From Camelus dromedarius (lineage: Eukaryota), in NCBI RefSeq assembly GCF_036321535.1, contig NC_087463.1, forward strand, positions 16,306,001 to 16,370,000: a stretch of DNA of 64,000 nt. Direction: 5' to 3'. The translations under genes were made by a program, and so were the position numbers. The notes beneath the pieces were generated by a model. The model made no database searches, was not told where the DNA came from, and saw nothing but the letters and a program-made list of their open reading frames with translations. Shown here in pieces: positions 50,321 through 63,399 of this stretch (position 1 is the stretch's first letter; every line of letters starts with the position of its first letter).

Positions 50321-52399
50321 ATGAAAAAAATGACTACGGGGGAGTAGAGTACTTTGAAAATACCTACTAGGAGGCGCTGGGTTTTCCCAGAGGTGCTTTA
50401 CATTTTCTCTGAGGATATTAAATATGAGCTAAAATCTGAAGGATTAGGAGTTTAAGAAAAAAACTTATTTTGCTCTTGCTTTTTCTTGGTTTGGTTGATT
50501 TTAGAAATGTTTTAGGTTAAAATGTCACATTATTTTATGTTTAAGTTAAATTACTATTGTAATTTACACTAATTACTATATTACACTAATTACTATTTAG
50601 CCTACTTGATAATATTAATGGTTTAAAAATACTTTTGGAGTATTTGAATTGACTAATTAAACATGATAAAATGTATTTAATATCTGATGTTTGGAGACTG
50701 CATCAGTCTTTCTAAACAGAATGTGTACAGTACAACACTCTCACATCTTACACGTTAAGTACCTGAAAGAAAAGAAAAAAGAATCAAATCACTTAGGAAG
50801 TAATTTATCTACAGTGAGCCTATCCCAGAACCTATAGCCTCAGGCTAAAATACCACGAAGACAAATGTTATTTTTATAAATGTACATATAGAACATACAT
50901 ATCTAATTTATGTAATTATATATTATAAATTTACAATTAATAAACACAAACATTCTTTTTATTTTACAGGCAGTTTGCCTAGATCACACAGGTGGGAACT
51001 GGAAGAAACAGGCTCAAGGACACGAGGACCAATTTTCCATTTCCAGGTAAGCAGTCAACTACATCAAACGTGGAGTTTTTCACTACACACATGGTTCTAT
51101 ACTAAATTTTACAAAAATTAAAATTGTTACAAATCCATTTTTCTGTATATTCTACTTGTGATTATCCTTGTATTATAATTATGTTGATTAATTTGTCAAA
51201 ACATTAGCTTCTACCTACTTTGTGGTAGGCTTGACATACAACGGATCTAAGCCCTAATACAGTCCATGAAGAGCCCTAGAAGAGGCAGACACTTAGCGAT
51301 TATGTATTTAGTTAAGGAATGAGTGAAAATTCCTGTATTTGTAAATTCATTTGATCCTGAAAGAAAAATTCGATAAATAAAGATGTATTTTTAAGCGCAT
51401 TAATTTTAAAAGGGAAGGTTAAATGACTTCCCTACTCCATGCATTTTGTAAACTACAGAAGTGGGTCATGTGGCCACAGATTACAGGAACTCATAAAGCT
51501 AAATAAAATCCACTTGAATTAGGTCCAAAAATCAGAATAAAATAAATACAGAATTTGTAGCTAACATTTTTATCTAGATAATGGTCCCTCAGGCAGCTTC
51601 TCCCGATTTCCCACTGAAAAACAATAAAGAAATGGAAGAGCGATGAACACTGTCGACGAGTGGCAGTTAGCCATTGCTAACATCTGGGGCTGGAGGAGAA
51701 ATTCATTGATTATAAGATGTGTGGATCCCAATTAACAATCATAATCAGAAGTTATCCTTCCTTCATTGTTAAATGTTTACTGTGAGCCAGACGTTTAGTT
51801 CTTTCTTGAAAGAGAGGTAGTGATACGACGTAGCTTTTTTGCCCCACTGTTCTGGGTTTAAAAAAATAACAACATCTATGCTGAGCAGAAAACTGGGCAG
51901 CTAAGTCCTTCTTCCTGAAATGGCCAATACGAATAGTCATTTTCAACCTTCCAGAGATTGCCACCACCCAAAACCAGAAGGGCAGAGAGTATGAACGTTT
52001 GTCAAGCGCATTGTTGAGGGAGCGAAGAAATGGCTACTAACCCCCACACGGAAGCTGTGATTCTAGAAATAAAGCAGATGAAAGCAGAAAAAAAAGTGAG
52101 GCATTTTTTGGCTTGTTTCTGTTCTCTGCTATTCCATATCATCTTAAAAATAAGCACTAATACAAGCATTTAATAATAGATACTATTTCTGTCCAGCAAT
52201 GATTAACATATTATATACTTGTTCATCTAATTCAGGCCACATATGTGGGAATGCCACACAGTCTAGCTCTACTATTACAAAAAAAAAAAATTAGCCCAGG
52301 TTCAGAAACATCCCTCTTTCTATTACAAAATGCTTGCCCAATTCTAGTAACACCCGAGTAGGTATGAGCAGGGACAAGGAGAATTTATATGCTGTGAAT

Positions 52400-53590
52400 G
52401 TACCACATCTTAACAGATTGCTTCTTACTCTAGAGTAAATAAACATATAAAAACACTGTGAGTTCTGCTTCTGCTTAAGATGCAGAAAGCTTCAAGAGAA
52501 TATCATTTTCAAACTAACAATGAGAGAAAAAAAGCCAGCTTATCTACAAAATCATTACTTTGTATTGAGCTCATCAGAAGGTTAAAGTCGCAAGTCAAGT
52601 AAACTACATCCCTGAGAGAGAGAATCCTTTTCAGTGAGACACAGGACACAGGAACTGTTTTATCTCAGAGAACAGAAGAAAGATGTGAATGCCGTATAAA
52701 CAAGTAAGAAAAAAATTCGCTAGAATTACATATAACCCATTCTGAAAGAACAAATATGGGCTAGCCTCAGATCAGAAGAGCTAACATCCTTGGATCAAGG
52801 GAGTTCATGCTCATTTACAATCTCTTTTGAGTAGCTCTCCATCGGTGCTCAAGAGAAAGACGAGGTGCATGGTAGGAGACGAGAGGGGCCCCCTTTCGTG
52901 GTGCAGGGATGGGTGGAGGTGACTGCTGCTGGGGCACAGACAGAAAATCCTGCCAAATTTCCTTGACTGTTCTCTGCTATGAAGCATGAACTTTAAAACT
53001 CTAGGATATAGGTAGCAATCACTGAACTCCGAGGGCTGATTAAAAATTAATTATGAGAAATAAATAGAAGCAAAACCCCTTCTGTCTTTGGATGAGGGTA
53101 AAAAGAGCTCTTACTCAGGATACAGGCAAAGATCAATGGCTTAGAGAAAACCTCCTGCCCCTGGGAGGGGGACCCAGAACCATGGTGGGTTCAGGATTCT
53201 GCATCCATTTCCAGCAGGGGTCTGCTAACACTGGAGGAGGAACAGGAGCCTCAGGCACGTCACCGATCCACATCTGAGCACGCTGACAAAGTTTCATCCC
53301 CAAGAGCCAGCCAGGTAAGCAGAACCTGCCTAAAGTGGAGGCCGACCAGGTAAGAAAAATGGTTCTGAGTGAAAATGGGGAAGGAGAAAAAGCATGAGGA
53401 GAGAACCCCTATGCGGCACAGGTGCGCAGGGACTGCCGAAAGCCGTGGAGCAGGAAAACAGAAAACCCGTCTACACCAAGCCCTGCGCTCAGCACAGGTG
53501 AGAGCGGCACTGGACGTCTAAGTGTGCAGCGCCGTGAACAGGACAGTGGCAACAGTGAAACCCAAACCCAGATCAACTCCCGATTCCTTT
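52400..53590 (+). mobile_element. Ancient L1M 5' end fragment
   Basis: Purine-rich 5'UTR-like text ending 'agtgaaacccaaacccagatcaactcccgattcc'. Confidence 0.5.
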
Positions 53591-55520
53591 GAACTGGATC
53601 TCTGTATGTAATATATTTCTGGCTGATTTTAGTATCTGTTATTTGTTGTTGGTTTTCAAGAGTTTGACTATATAATTGTCTCTGGGTATCTGCGGGGGGA
53701 TTAGTTCCAGGACCCCCATGGATACCAAAAGCCGCGGATGCTCAAGTCCCTGATCTCAAGTTGTGTGGTACAGTCAGCCTTCGGTATCCACGGATTCCGC
53801 ATCCGTGGACTCAACAACCATGGATCGAATTCCGCGGCTGGCTGCCTGTCGAGGTTTTTGTTTTGTTTTGAATTCTGATCAGAATTTGCTGAGATTCTTG
53901 GATCTGTGGATCAGTATTTTTTCTCTATTTCAGAACATCCTCAGCCATTTTCTTTTCAAATATGTGTAACTTATTTTCTCCCTTTTAATCTGGGAATCCA
54001 ATTACAAGAATCTTAGACCAAAAGTACTGACAAGTATCAATGCTTTTTTTCTGTGTTTTTGAACTCTTTTTTTTCACTTTGTGTTTTAGTTTGGATTGAC
54101 CCATATTCAAGTACGCTGATTCTAAGCAGTCTTCTATTTAATCCACCAGATAAATTCTTCAGATCTGATACTATATATCTTATTTCTTGCATTTCTATAT
54201 GGTTCCTTTGTAGAGCTGCCACACTCCTGAAATCACCATCTCTTCAGGAATGTTATCCCTTCTTCCAATAGATCCTTTGGCACTTTTCATAGTTGTTTAA
54301 AACCACTGTTATAATTTCAGCAACTGAGCATCTCCAAGTCTCTTTCTTTAGACTATTTATTATCTCGTCTGTATGTCACATTTTCTATTTGTGTGTGCGT
54401 GTATTTTGTAATTGTGGTTGCATGCTGGCGTTTGCATATAAAAATGTAGACAGTAAATCAAATGACATTTACTTTCTGCACGTCCATCGGATCTGCAGTT
54501 CATCTGGGTCGGGCGTTGCTGCTTATTGTATTTGAGTCAGTTCACCACTGACTTCAGACCTTCGGGGATTTGGATGGAGACTTCCCCATCTGCACGGTCT
54601 GGGGCCAAGGCGGGACTTAGCCAGTCTTGTGTGTGCTTCAAAGCTGAGCCGCCCGCGAGATCTCTTGCTACTTCACAGCCTGGCTGTGAAGTGTCTGGGT
54701 CACCGGAGTGTTCTCTTTGCTGCCCAGTCCTTCCTCTTGGTTTCTGTGCCTACAGGAGATCCCCACAGTCCAGCTGTCTCTTCCTTCAGAAGGCAGCCTC
54801 CCTGCACTCTGTGATGGCTCAGAATGTTTCCACATTTCTCTCAGTTCTACTCTGTGCCTCCAGGCTTTGGTTTCTGAAATTGTGGAGGGTGTCTGGGATT
54901 TCTCACAGTTCTCTCACCCCACCTCAAGACTCTGGTGATTAGAAGCCCTGATTCTGTTAGGTGGCCCCCTCAGTCTGCTGGTCCAACTCAGTTTTTGGCA
55001 GTTGAAAATCTGGGGGACTCGGAAGGATGTTATCTGATCATGCCCTCCTCTTTTCATAGCAACCCCCCAGCGCATCTTTGCTAGAAGTCTACCTGATCCC
55101 CTGCCTTCCCACCACTTTCTGTAGGTGACTGCTCTGTATGGGGAGGAGGCCAGTGTGCCCTAGGGTGACTCTCCCAGGTCTCCTTCTGTGTCCCAGCTGC
55201 TGACACACTTCTCCCAAGTATTTGGTGAAGGTTTGTGGAAAAACGGTGGTGTCTGAGGGCAGACGTGCTTTGTGGTGGGAACCCTTGTAATTCTAACATG
55301 ACTTGCCAGCCCGCACGTTGCTGTTACTTTTTTTAAACTTTAGCTGTTTTCACCTTATCATCGTCTATGACAGGTTCCTTTTCCACCTGTTCTTTGGCCA
55401 GTGGAAAGCTCAGCCGTTGGTCTTCCATTGCCTGCGAAAGACGTGCCACTTTGTGGACTTAGGTCGTTTTGGTTTCTTTGAGGCCTCAGCAAACTGCTGC
55501 TCTGTCTCTTGTGCTGTTTA
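53590..55520 (-). mobile_element. Ancient L1 ORF1 plus 5' UTR fragment
   Basis: Minus ORF 54037-54222 (..LKNLSGGLNRRL..SIQTKTQSEKKEFKNTEK) resembles the ORF1 coiled coil; T-rich antisense L1 text. Confidence 0.65.
53682..53845. mobile_element. MER2/Tigger2-derived DNA transposon fragment nested in L1
   Basis: 'ggtatctgcggggggattagttccaggacccccatggataccaaaagccgcggatgctcaagtccc...cagtcagccttcggtatccacggattccgcatccgtggactcaac'. Confidence 0.85.
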
Positions 55521-55699
55521 ACTGTGAACAGCTTCTTCACATTAGATCTTTTACATCTATAGGCATTTACTAGAAAGTAACAGTTATTACTAGTTGGTGA
55601 CCCTTAAATGATTCCCCACGCTTCACCACCACAAGCGGTTACTTCTCCTCACATGCCATATTCCATGACCCTACTTAAAACATTTTTTTTTTCAGTCTT

Positions 55700-55887
55700 C
55701 TCACTGTGTGAACTCAAGTTATTACACATTTGCCTACTTGTTTATTGTCTGGGTTTCTCCCCTGAAATGTATGAGGGTAGGAACTTGGATTGTTCACATT
55801 GGCAGCTTTATTCCAGTATCCAGAAGAATGCCTGGCCCAGGACAGACACCCAAGAAACAGATATTGAACAAGTGAATGAATAAATTT
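55700..55887 (+). mobile_element. L2 3' end
   Basis: 'gaatgcctggcccaggacagacacccaagaaacagatattgaacaagtgaatgaataaat'. Confidence 0.7.
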
Positions 55888-55989
55888 GGTTGACCAGAGT
55901 TTGGTTAGTGAAATATGCCCTCTTTACACACACCTCTGTATGCATGTATGATACGGTATCCAACACACCTGCTTATAGTCATGGTTAGT

Positions 55990-56545
55990 ATACGCTGGGT
56001 GGTCCCCAAGGCCACCCTCAGATTCAGTAAGTCATCAGAAGAACTCACAGATCTCAGCAGAGCTGTTATACTCGTGGTAACGGTTTATTAGAGCAAAAGG
56101 ATATACATTAAGATCAGTGATGGGAAAAGATACCTAAGAGCAGGGTCCAGCAGAGACCCGGAGTGGAGATACCTATTGTCCTATTGTCCTCTCTCAGTCT
56201 GAGAAATCTCGTGCTTATTTCTCCCATCAGTAATGGGTGACACTATGAAACACTGGTTAGAGTACTGCCAACCAGGGAAGCTCACCTGATTTTTACTTAC
56301 CTGAGATTTTAGGGGCGGTTGGTCACATAGATATGGCTGACTGCCCACGGGACTGAACCTTAGTTCCAGCCCTTTCAGAAGTCACGGTGAACCACTGTTA
56401 GCACAGGCAATCTGGTGTAGCCTGCAGTCCCCAGGTAAACAAAGACATTTCTCTCACGACATTCCAGGAATTTAGAGGTTACCTCCCAGGAGCTTGGGGC
56501 AAAGGGCCAAACTTTTCTTTGGGCAAGGTTAATCCTTTAATGCAC
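55990..56545 (-). mobile_element. MER21-type LTR
   Basis: 'ggtggtccccaaggccaccctcagattcag...gaactcacagatctcagcagagctgttatactc...tttgggcaaggttaatcctttaatgcaca'. Confidence 0.85.
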
Positions 56546-59500
56546 AGCTCTGTATCGGCATCTATCCAGTTGTGCATTACATGGACATACATGCTATTTC
56601 TCCATTTTTCCTTTGCATGCTGATCCAGTGGCCTGTAATGCACAGCAATAACAAAAATTCATTACAGAAATACGGCAAGTTGACACAATAGCTTCCTGCT
56701 TTTTGGAACAATTTACTGTTTCATTCCCTCATTCTTTTAATTTTCTTGCAGTGGTTTCAAGCTTTCAACTAATCAAATGCAATTTTCATAAAATGTAATT
56801 TTAATAAAATTTCAGTTTTAGTAAAATGTTTACCTTATTACTTGAAAGCTTGAAACCACCTCAGAAAAACACACTGGTAACCAACATTTAAGGGAAATTT
56901 TGCAGAACAAATAATAACAAATGATACTTAGAATTCATTTAGGCATAGGTTTCTTATCTGAGGAGTCAAGCAAAGAAATCCATTATTTTTACCACTTTTC
57001 CAATTTGCATTAGGACTATTATTTACGGCAATTAGAAGATAATGCATTTTAAATATATACAAATCATAGAAAAGATAATAAAATATTTTATATCGGTGTC
57101 ATTACCACTTTATATCCCCTAATTCAGTTACAGCCAGCTTTATTAGCAGATATTTTGGAATTTGGTGTCTAATATTTAATCATGAAGCCCATTTTCTCAA
57201 CTGTGAGCATTTTCCTATTATTTGTATTTTATTTTGTACACTTTACTCTGTGAAGAGACATTTGAAATGAGAAATAACCAGATAACCAGAAAAAGGCTGT
57301 ATCAAAGATAAGGAGATGTCGCTAGGCTAGTTAAGAAAGCCATTTCTAGTTTGATTTTCTTCCAAGTTTACTAATGTGCTGTGTGAGTGTAAATGTATAA
57401 TGTCTCATTTGGATATAGCATCACACAATTCAGGAATGAATTTCAGCATGCAGTTTCACTCCATAAGAGCTTTCAAGTTACTCTTCTAAGAGTAAGAGTT
57501 TCTTCAATTAATGAAAAGAAATGCTTAATCGATACTGCTTCCTACAGTAGGTGATAAACCTAGTCTAAGGGACAGCCAGTTATAAACAGCTGAAAAGGTC
57601 AGGGAACCAGGCGGACAGGCAATAAAAGGCAAGAAGTACATTTAGACAGATCATGATTTTGAAAGAGAAAATTGTTCTAATGGATCCACAACTGGAAATA
57701 GAGGGCAACGATTATCCTCAGAATGCTTTTCTGGACTAGAGGCTGAAACTAATTTGCACGTGAATTTGATCTGCGTTCTGAGTTGATTCAACCTACGTTT
57801 ATGATTTAATTTGTAAATATTCTAGGCCATTCTTATAAGAACAGCTTTCACTCTCTCAAGTGGCACCAGTCTAAGCTCAGAACTAGCAGGTATTTAAAAG
57901 TATTAACGGTGAAGCACAGATTCCCTTTGGATGAATAATCTAGAGAAACGGTATTTTGGAAAATAAATTCTATTATCTAAATAATACAAAATTTTAAAAT
58001 TCCATTTTTAAACAACAAAGATGGGCATATCGTCAATGCAAGATCATTGGGGTAAAAGTCTAACATATGGGGGTTGGAGGACCATCTCCATGGCACAAAA
58101 TCCATGGTACAAAACCTAGTACTCATCATCAATCACAGAAATTCCAGTTCTGTTTAGAAGAAGTTCCCAGACAACATCTTTACCAAAAAATGGATATCCT
58201 AACAACTGCTTGAATAAAAGAAACCATAACCTAGCATTTGTAAGAGTTTTTGCTGTTGCAGAATTCTCAATGTAATGACACTTCTCACCATTGATTCAGA
58301 TTTGCATGCATTATGTTCTTGTATGCAGAGGATGATGTTTTTGGTGACATAAAAAGGAATCAATTAATAGATCTGAGTCTTCTGGTGATAGTAGTCTGAG
58401 ATCAGTAATTCTAATGTTAACAGATGTGGAAAGGATTACCTGAACATGAGCAAACATAAAATACCACCAAAACCTCATTAATTTGGTTTTACCCTTCAGA
58501 ATTTATCATTATTTGAATAGAATGCATTAATGCTTACTTTTGTTGAATACATTTTTTTTTCACAGAGTTATGTGTATAAACTAAATACTGAAGGGAATAT
58601 TGTGTTTACAACATAAAATTTTAGACACACTAATTTACATACGTGGTACACTTAAGAATAGTTAATCCACAAGAATTTTTAAATAAGAAACTAACTTTTT
58701 TTTTCTGCTCTGAAAATGTTCAGATTTTTTTCAATATTAAAATAACCACCCTTAATCTTATAATATCCTTTTGAATATATCTTATTTCAACATCAGAAGA
58801 ACTTTTGAGCTCTGTAGTTCTATTGTTTTCCTATTGGAGAACCAATACAACACTACACAAGAACTTATGTACAGGATTTTATATAAAAGGAGAAGAATTG
58901 AAGGAGTCAGGAGAATGAGATTATCAAAATTATCAGATTATGTAATTTTAAAAAGCATGTTCAAAATAAGAACAATTTCAGACAAATTAGGAAAAGAAAT
59001 TCACCTGTTTAACTTGTAGAAGGTTTTTCCCCAAATTATTTTATTTTATACTACCAAATATTGGAATATAAACTAAATACTAATAAATATTTTCTAAAAT
59101 AATAGACCAAACAGAACCTTACTAGCAAAGGCCAGGCAATTAAGGGCACTTTCATCCTAACACTGTAATAATGTACATAAAATTATGTATTATTGGGGTA
59201 AAATATTTTCCAAACCTGCCTTTATTTAGGAAATTCTATTTTTTTCAAATAAAAGCCTAACTTGTCAAAAGATCTAAACATCTGAAAGAGAGTTTAATTT
59301 TATGCACCTTTAACCTGTAAGTTAGCAAGCAACATTTACATAAAAATGTTATTTCAAGAAGAATCCATTATTTAAGTTCATGTATTTGTACATTTCATGG
59401 GCGGATTAGATTAAAAAAAAAATCTCTGTGGCAATACCTGCTTCAGAGAGAATGATATATTTATATCTGGGGAACAAGCTTCCAAATGCAGTACAAACAT

Positions 59501-59924
59501 CTATGAGTTTTTCTCAAAAAATGATTGAAAATATTCATCTTTTTTTGTAGAATCAAACAAGATTTAAGAAATATAAGAACCTTAAATATACAGAGGAAGT
59601 TGCAGCTGTACCTAAGAGAAATTATTAATCACTCTTAGGCAGTTTTTGACAAATATGCAAAGTAAAATTTTTTAAACTGTCATTGGATTCTTGGCCATAT
59701 GATCAACTTTTATTCAAAACATAATTCTAAAGTCATCCATAGAATTGTCAAGATAATGTGTGTGTATTTTGAAATTATAAAATGTAGGTTATAAAATGAA
59801 TGTACAGGTATGTCCCTTAAGATGCCATCAAAGGCTAGTTTTCCTATAAAGTTTCTGTGATTCCAGGAAGTAGTGAGAATTTGATACTTTAAGACAATGC
59901 CTAGAGATACACTGAAACAGATCG

Positions 59925-60272
59925 CCACAGTTAAGAATCATGAGGTCCACTAGGAACCCACCTCTGTCTCTCGTTGCTTTCAATCCTGGGTGATGGATAA
60001 ACTAGCACCATTCACCATGGAGTAGCCCACACACCTGACCCAGGACTCCTCGAATCTAAAAGAAGAAATCGGGTGGACGCTGTAAAAACTCGGGGTCCAG
60101 CACCTGCCCCACACCAGCTTTCGGCTTGTATACAGGAGCTCTTTTACTTCTGCCTTCCAGCTATTGTACAGATTTCTCCCTGTGGTCAACCTTAACCCAG
60201 AATCATAAATAAGGGGAATACTATGAAAAAAGAGTTTCAACGTAGCTAATTTGACAGGACAAATCTACCGCA
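59925..60272 (-). mobile_element. LTR33-like ERVL LTR
   Basis: 'agatttctccctgtggtcaaccttaacccagaatcata...gtagctaatttgacaggacaaatctaccgca' resembles the reverse complement of the LTR33 start. Confidence 0.65.
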
Positions 60273-61854
60273 GTGTCTACCTCATGGGGATTCCCAACAT
60301 CTTCCTCACAAACATTTACATTTGATTTTCCTCTATTTTATCCTATAGTTGTCAAGAAAAATTTCAAATTTTTAATGTCTGAAGAAAATGTCAGAAAATT
60401 AAGCACGTTGAGAAAACGAGGTTTATGTGAACTCATTTGCATACTTTCTCTAATACTTAGCATGCCCAAGAGTTCTGCAAATAGTAACAGGACTTCATTT
60501 AGACTGAGATTCAGAAAAGGAGGCGTTCCACATAAGAAAATAAATTCAGATCTATCGAGGTTACTCCATTAAACTCATAGAAATTATCCTTTGTTTAATG
60601 AGGGTGCCCTTATTTTAGTGGTCAGTTCATATTATAGTTATTGATGCCCCCAAAAGAGCATACAGTCATTTCCCCTTACCAGTCAGTAATGGTGGGTACT
60701 TCTGAAGTAAAGTCCAAGTGGGTGAAATTATTTAGTTAAAAATTATTTCTCTACAGCTACTTAGAAACTTATTGAAAAAAAGAACAGAAAATAAGTGATA
60801 CCCTAAACTGGCCAAGAAATAGTTTTAATGTATTAGGAAAGGACACATTTGCTGATCTCTGCTTTTCCACAATATAGGAACAACTAAAAACAAGAATGAA
60901 CATCTGAAAACAAGCACTGTGTTCACCTTATTAAATTTATATTTTTATCATGCATTGCAGATTGCTTCCTTAAAATGCATTTTAATGATCTCAATTCTAT
61001 TTTCATCACTTTCTTTTCATTCCATTAGTGGTGAACAGTCATCTACAATTTTTGCTGCAGTCAGTAAGTCTGCTTTTATGGGTTCTCCCTTAGTACCTTC
61101 AGTGTAAATCTGTAGGTGGGGAAATTTAATTACTATAATTTGGAGGAAGATTAGCCAGGCTTATTAATAAACACCTAATGACAATGTAAAGGACTTTTTT
61201 GTGATGGATTTTGTCACGTGTATCTGTGTGTTCAGATATATTTCACTTGTTTCCTCTTTCTGTGTTCTGATTTATCTGTGTTTACCTTCCCAGATAAATT
61301 ACCTCTGGATAAGCAAGGAATTAGGTTATTCAGATATGTGGAATTTATGCATAATTACATAAAATGTCACTAGTAATTTTACTGTCTTGATTTCTGTCAT
61401 TATCTATAACAATTCCAAATCCTTTTATCACCAATCATCAAAAGAGCTATCTGGAATATACTTCAATGATAGCATTGACAAAACACGATGAGACATAACT
61501 TCCAATTCAGTGTTTAATTTCTCACATCTTAGTTCATTCTTCCTGAGGTGAATACCATTTTTCTCCATTCACAATCCTATTCATGATGAAATATTTCCTA
61601 AGATTACAGCAAACATTTTAATTTAAGTCATCTTTTTGAGGGTGATGAACAAATATTTTTGATATTTCTAATTACTGATAAGACTATTTCATGGAATTTA
61701 TTCAGTGTCGATAATATGTCTTCTCCTGAATCCTGCTAAAGTCGGCACTAATTTCACCTTCTTAATTCCATTTGTTTAATCATTTTCACCTTTTATTTAT
61801 CTAAATTCATGTTTTTATAACCCTAATTACAACCAGTGATGTTTTAATTGTAAA

Positions 61855-62085
61855 ATAACTATTTATTGAGCATTTATGCTTGTCACTAATCATAAAGTAT
61901 CTTAAGGCCTCATAACAACTAAGCAAAGTAATTGTTATTATGCCCTTTTATATCCACAAAGAAACTGAGGTTTAAAAAAATTAACTTTCTATCGATCACA
62001 CAGCTATATGAGTCAGAGCTAGTAATTGAATCCACTTCGTTCTGAATCCAGGACCTGTGCTCTTATCTCTACAGTATATTGCCTT
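61855..62085 (-). mobile_element. MIR SINE
   Basis: 'atttattgagcatttatgc...gaaactgaggtttaaaaaaattaac...gatcacacagcta...gaatccaggacctgtgctctt'. Confidence 0.8.
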
Positions 62086-62087
62086 TC

Positions 62088-62111
62088 TTTTTTTTTTTTT
62101 TTTTTTTTTTT
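62088..62111. repeat. Poly(T)24
   Basis: Direct count. Confidence 0.95.
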
Positions 62112-62981
62112 GGCAAAAAAAGAAATTTGTCTAAGAGAACATAATCTATATGTTTTTGTATAGATGCATACATGCACCAAATAACATGTAAATGGGAAGA
62201 CTTATTATGCAAAGGAGACATAATAGTTATTTGATTTGTATCACAAGGGCTTTGTGAACTTAGCATATGCAATCTGTTTTGCATTTTGTAAAAAGTTATA
62301 TAAATAGGACTTAAAACCGATTTAAGGAATTTTAAATAAATGGAAGCCTCAAAGTTATTTAGCTGTAAAAGGGAGAATAAACTGGTGGAAAAGAACACAG
62401 GCTTTTATTATATTTGTGGTTTCCTAGTTAAAAAGAAATAAAGGGGAAAATCAGAGACATAAACTATATAACACATAGATTGTTAGAATAACATATAGTT
62501 GTATAAAAAATAAAGTTTACTAAATATCAAATAATGATTCCAAAATGTCAAAAAGTTGTATTTTAATCTATGGGACACATCTATAAGATGAATACATCCA
62601 TGTAGTATCTTTTCAGAGCACAGGTATATTATGCAAATTTGGGCATATCCGATTTTTTTCCCAGTTCTCCAATACTTTGCCATTTAACTGATGATACCAC
62701 TTACAATTCAGAGTCACATATTTTAGTGATATCTCTAAATAAATAAATTCACAACTATTGATTTTTTTATTCTTCCTTACCTTCATTCCCCAAATTTCCA
62801 TTTTCATTTTTATTATTTCTTCTGTTCCTATCAGAATAATTTAAATTGTTGCTAACTCTGCTCAAAGTATCAGGATAAAGATTAAAATATTATAGAAGTT
62901 CTTGGAATTTCCTTAAATCCTTTGTACTGCTTGTTAGGTAGAAACATATTGAATAATACATGCAATCAAAATATGTATACA

Positions 62982-63059
62982 GGGGGAGGGTACAGTTCAA
63001 GTGGTAGAGTGCATGCTTATCATGTATGAGGTCCTGTGTTTGATCCCCAGTACTTGCTC

Positions 63060-63128
<69 letters not shown>

Positions 63129-63153
63129 ACTTAATTAACTACCCCCCAAAACT
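62982..63153 (+). mobile_element. Camelid tRNA-Ala-derived SINE (Vic-1-like) with an internal (AAAT)16
   Basis: gggggagggtacagttcaagtggtagagtgcatgc...; (AAAT)16 at 63063-63126; TSD aaaatat(g/a)tata at 62968-62979 / 63154-63165. Confidence 0.88.
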
Positions 63154-63399
63154 AAAATATATATATTGGAGAAAGTGTAATAATCTTTGATGTTTGGATT
63201 TGAATTGAAAGGATCTGTCAACTCGTGATTATCAATCTATAAATGTAAAATATATTTGTGTGAGTTTGTGTGTATGTGTATGTGTATATATGTCTGTGTA
63301 CGTGTGTGTGTGCTTACTTGGCTTTGTTTATTGAGAGGGTTTGAGAATTGCAGCACCCTAGCAATAAAGAGCACGTCTGGCACCAAGATCTCCCTTTCT

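Noticed and set aside
48495-50600. Small direct repeats (~22 bp at 48495-48550; 17 bp at 50564-50596)
   Set aside because: Ordinary slippage duplications in AT-rich DNA with no functional context.
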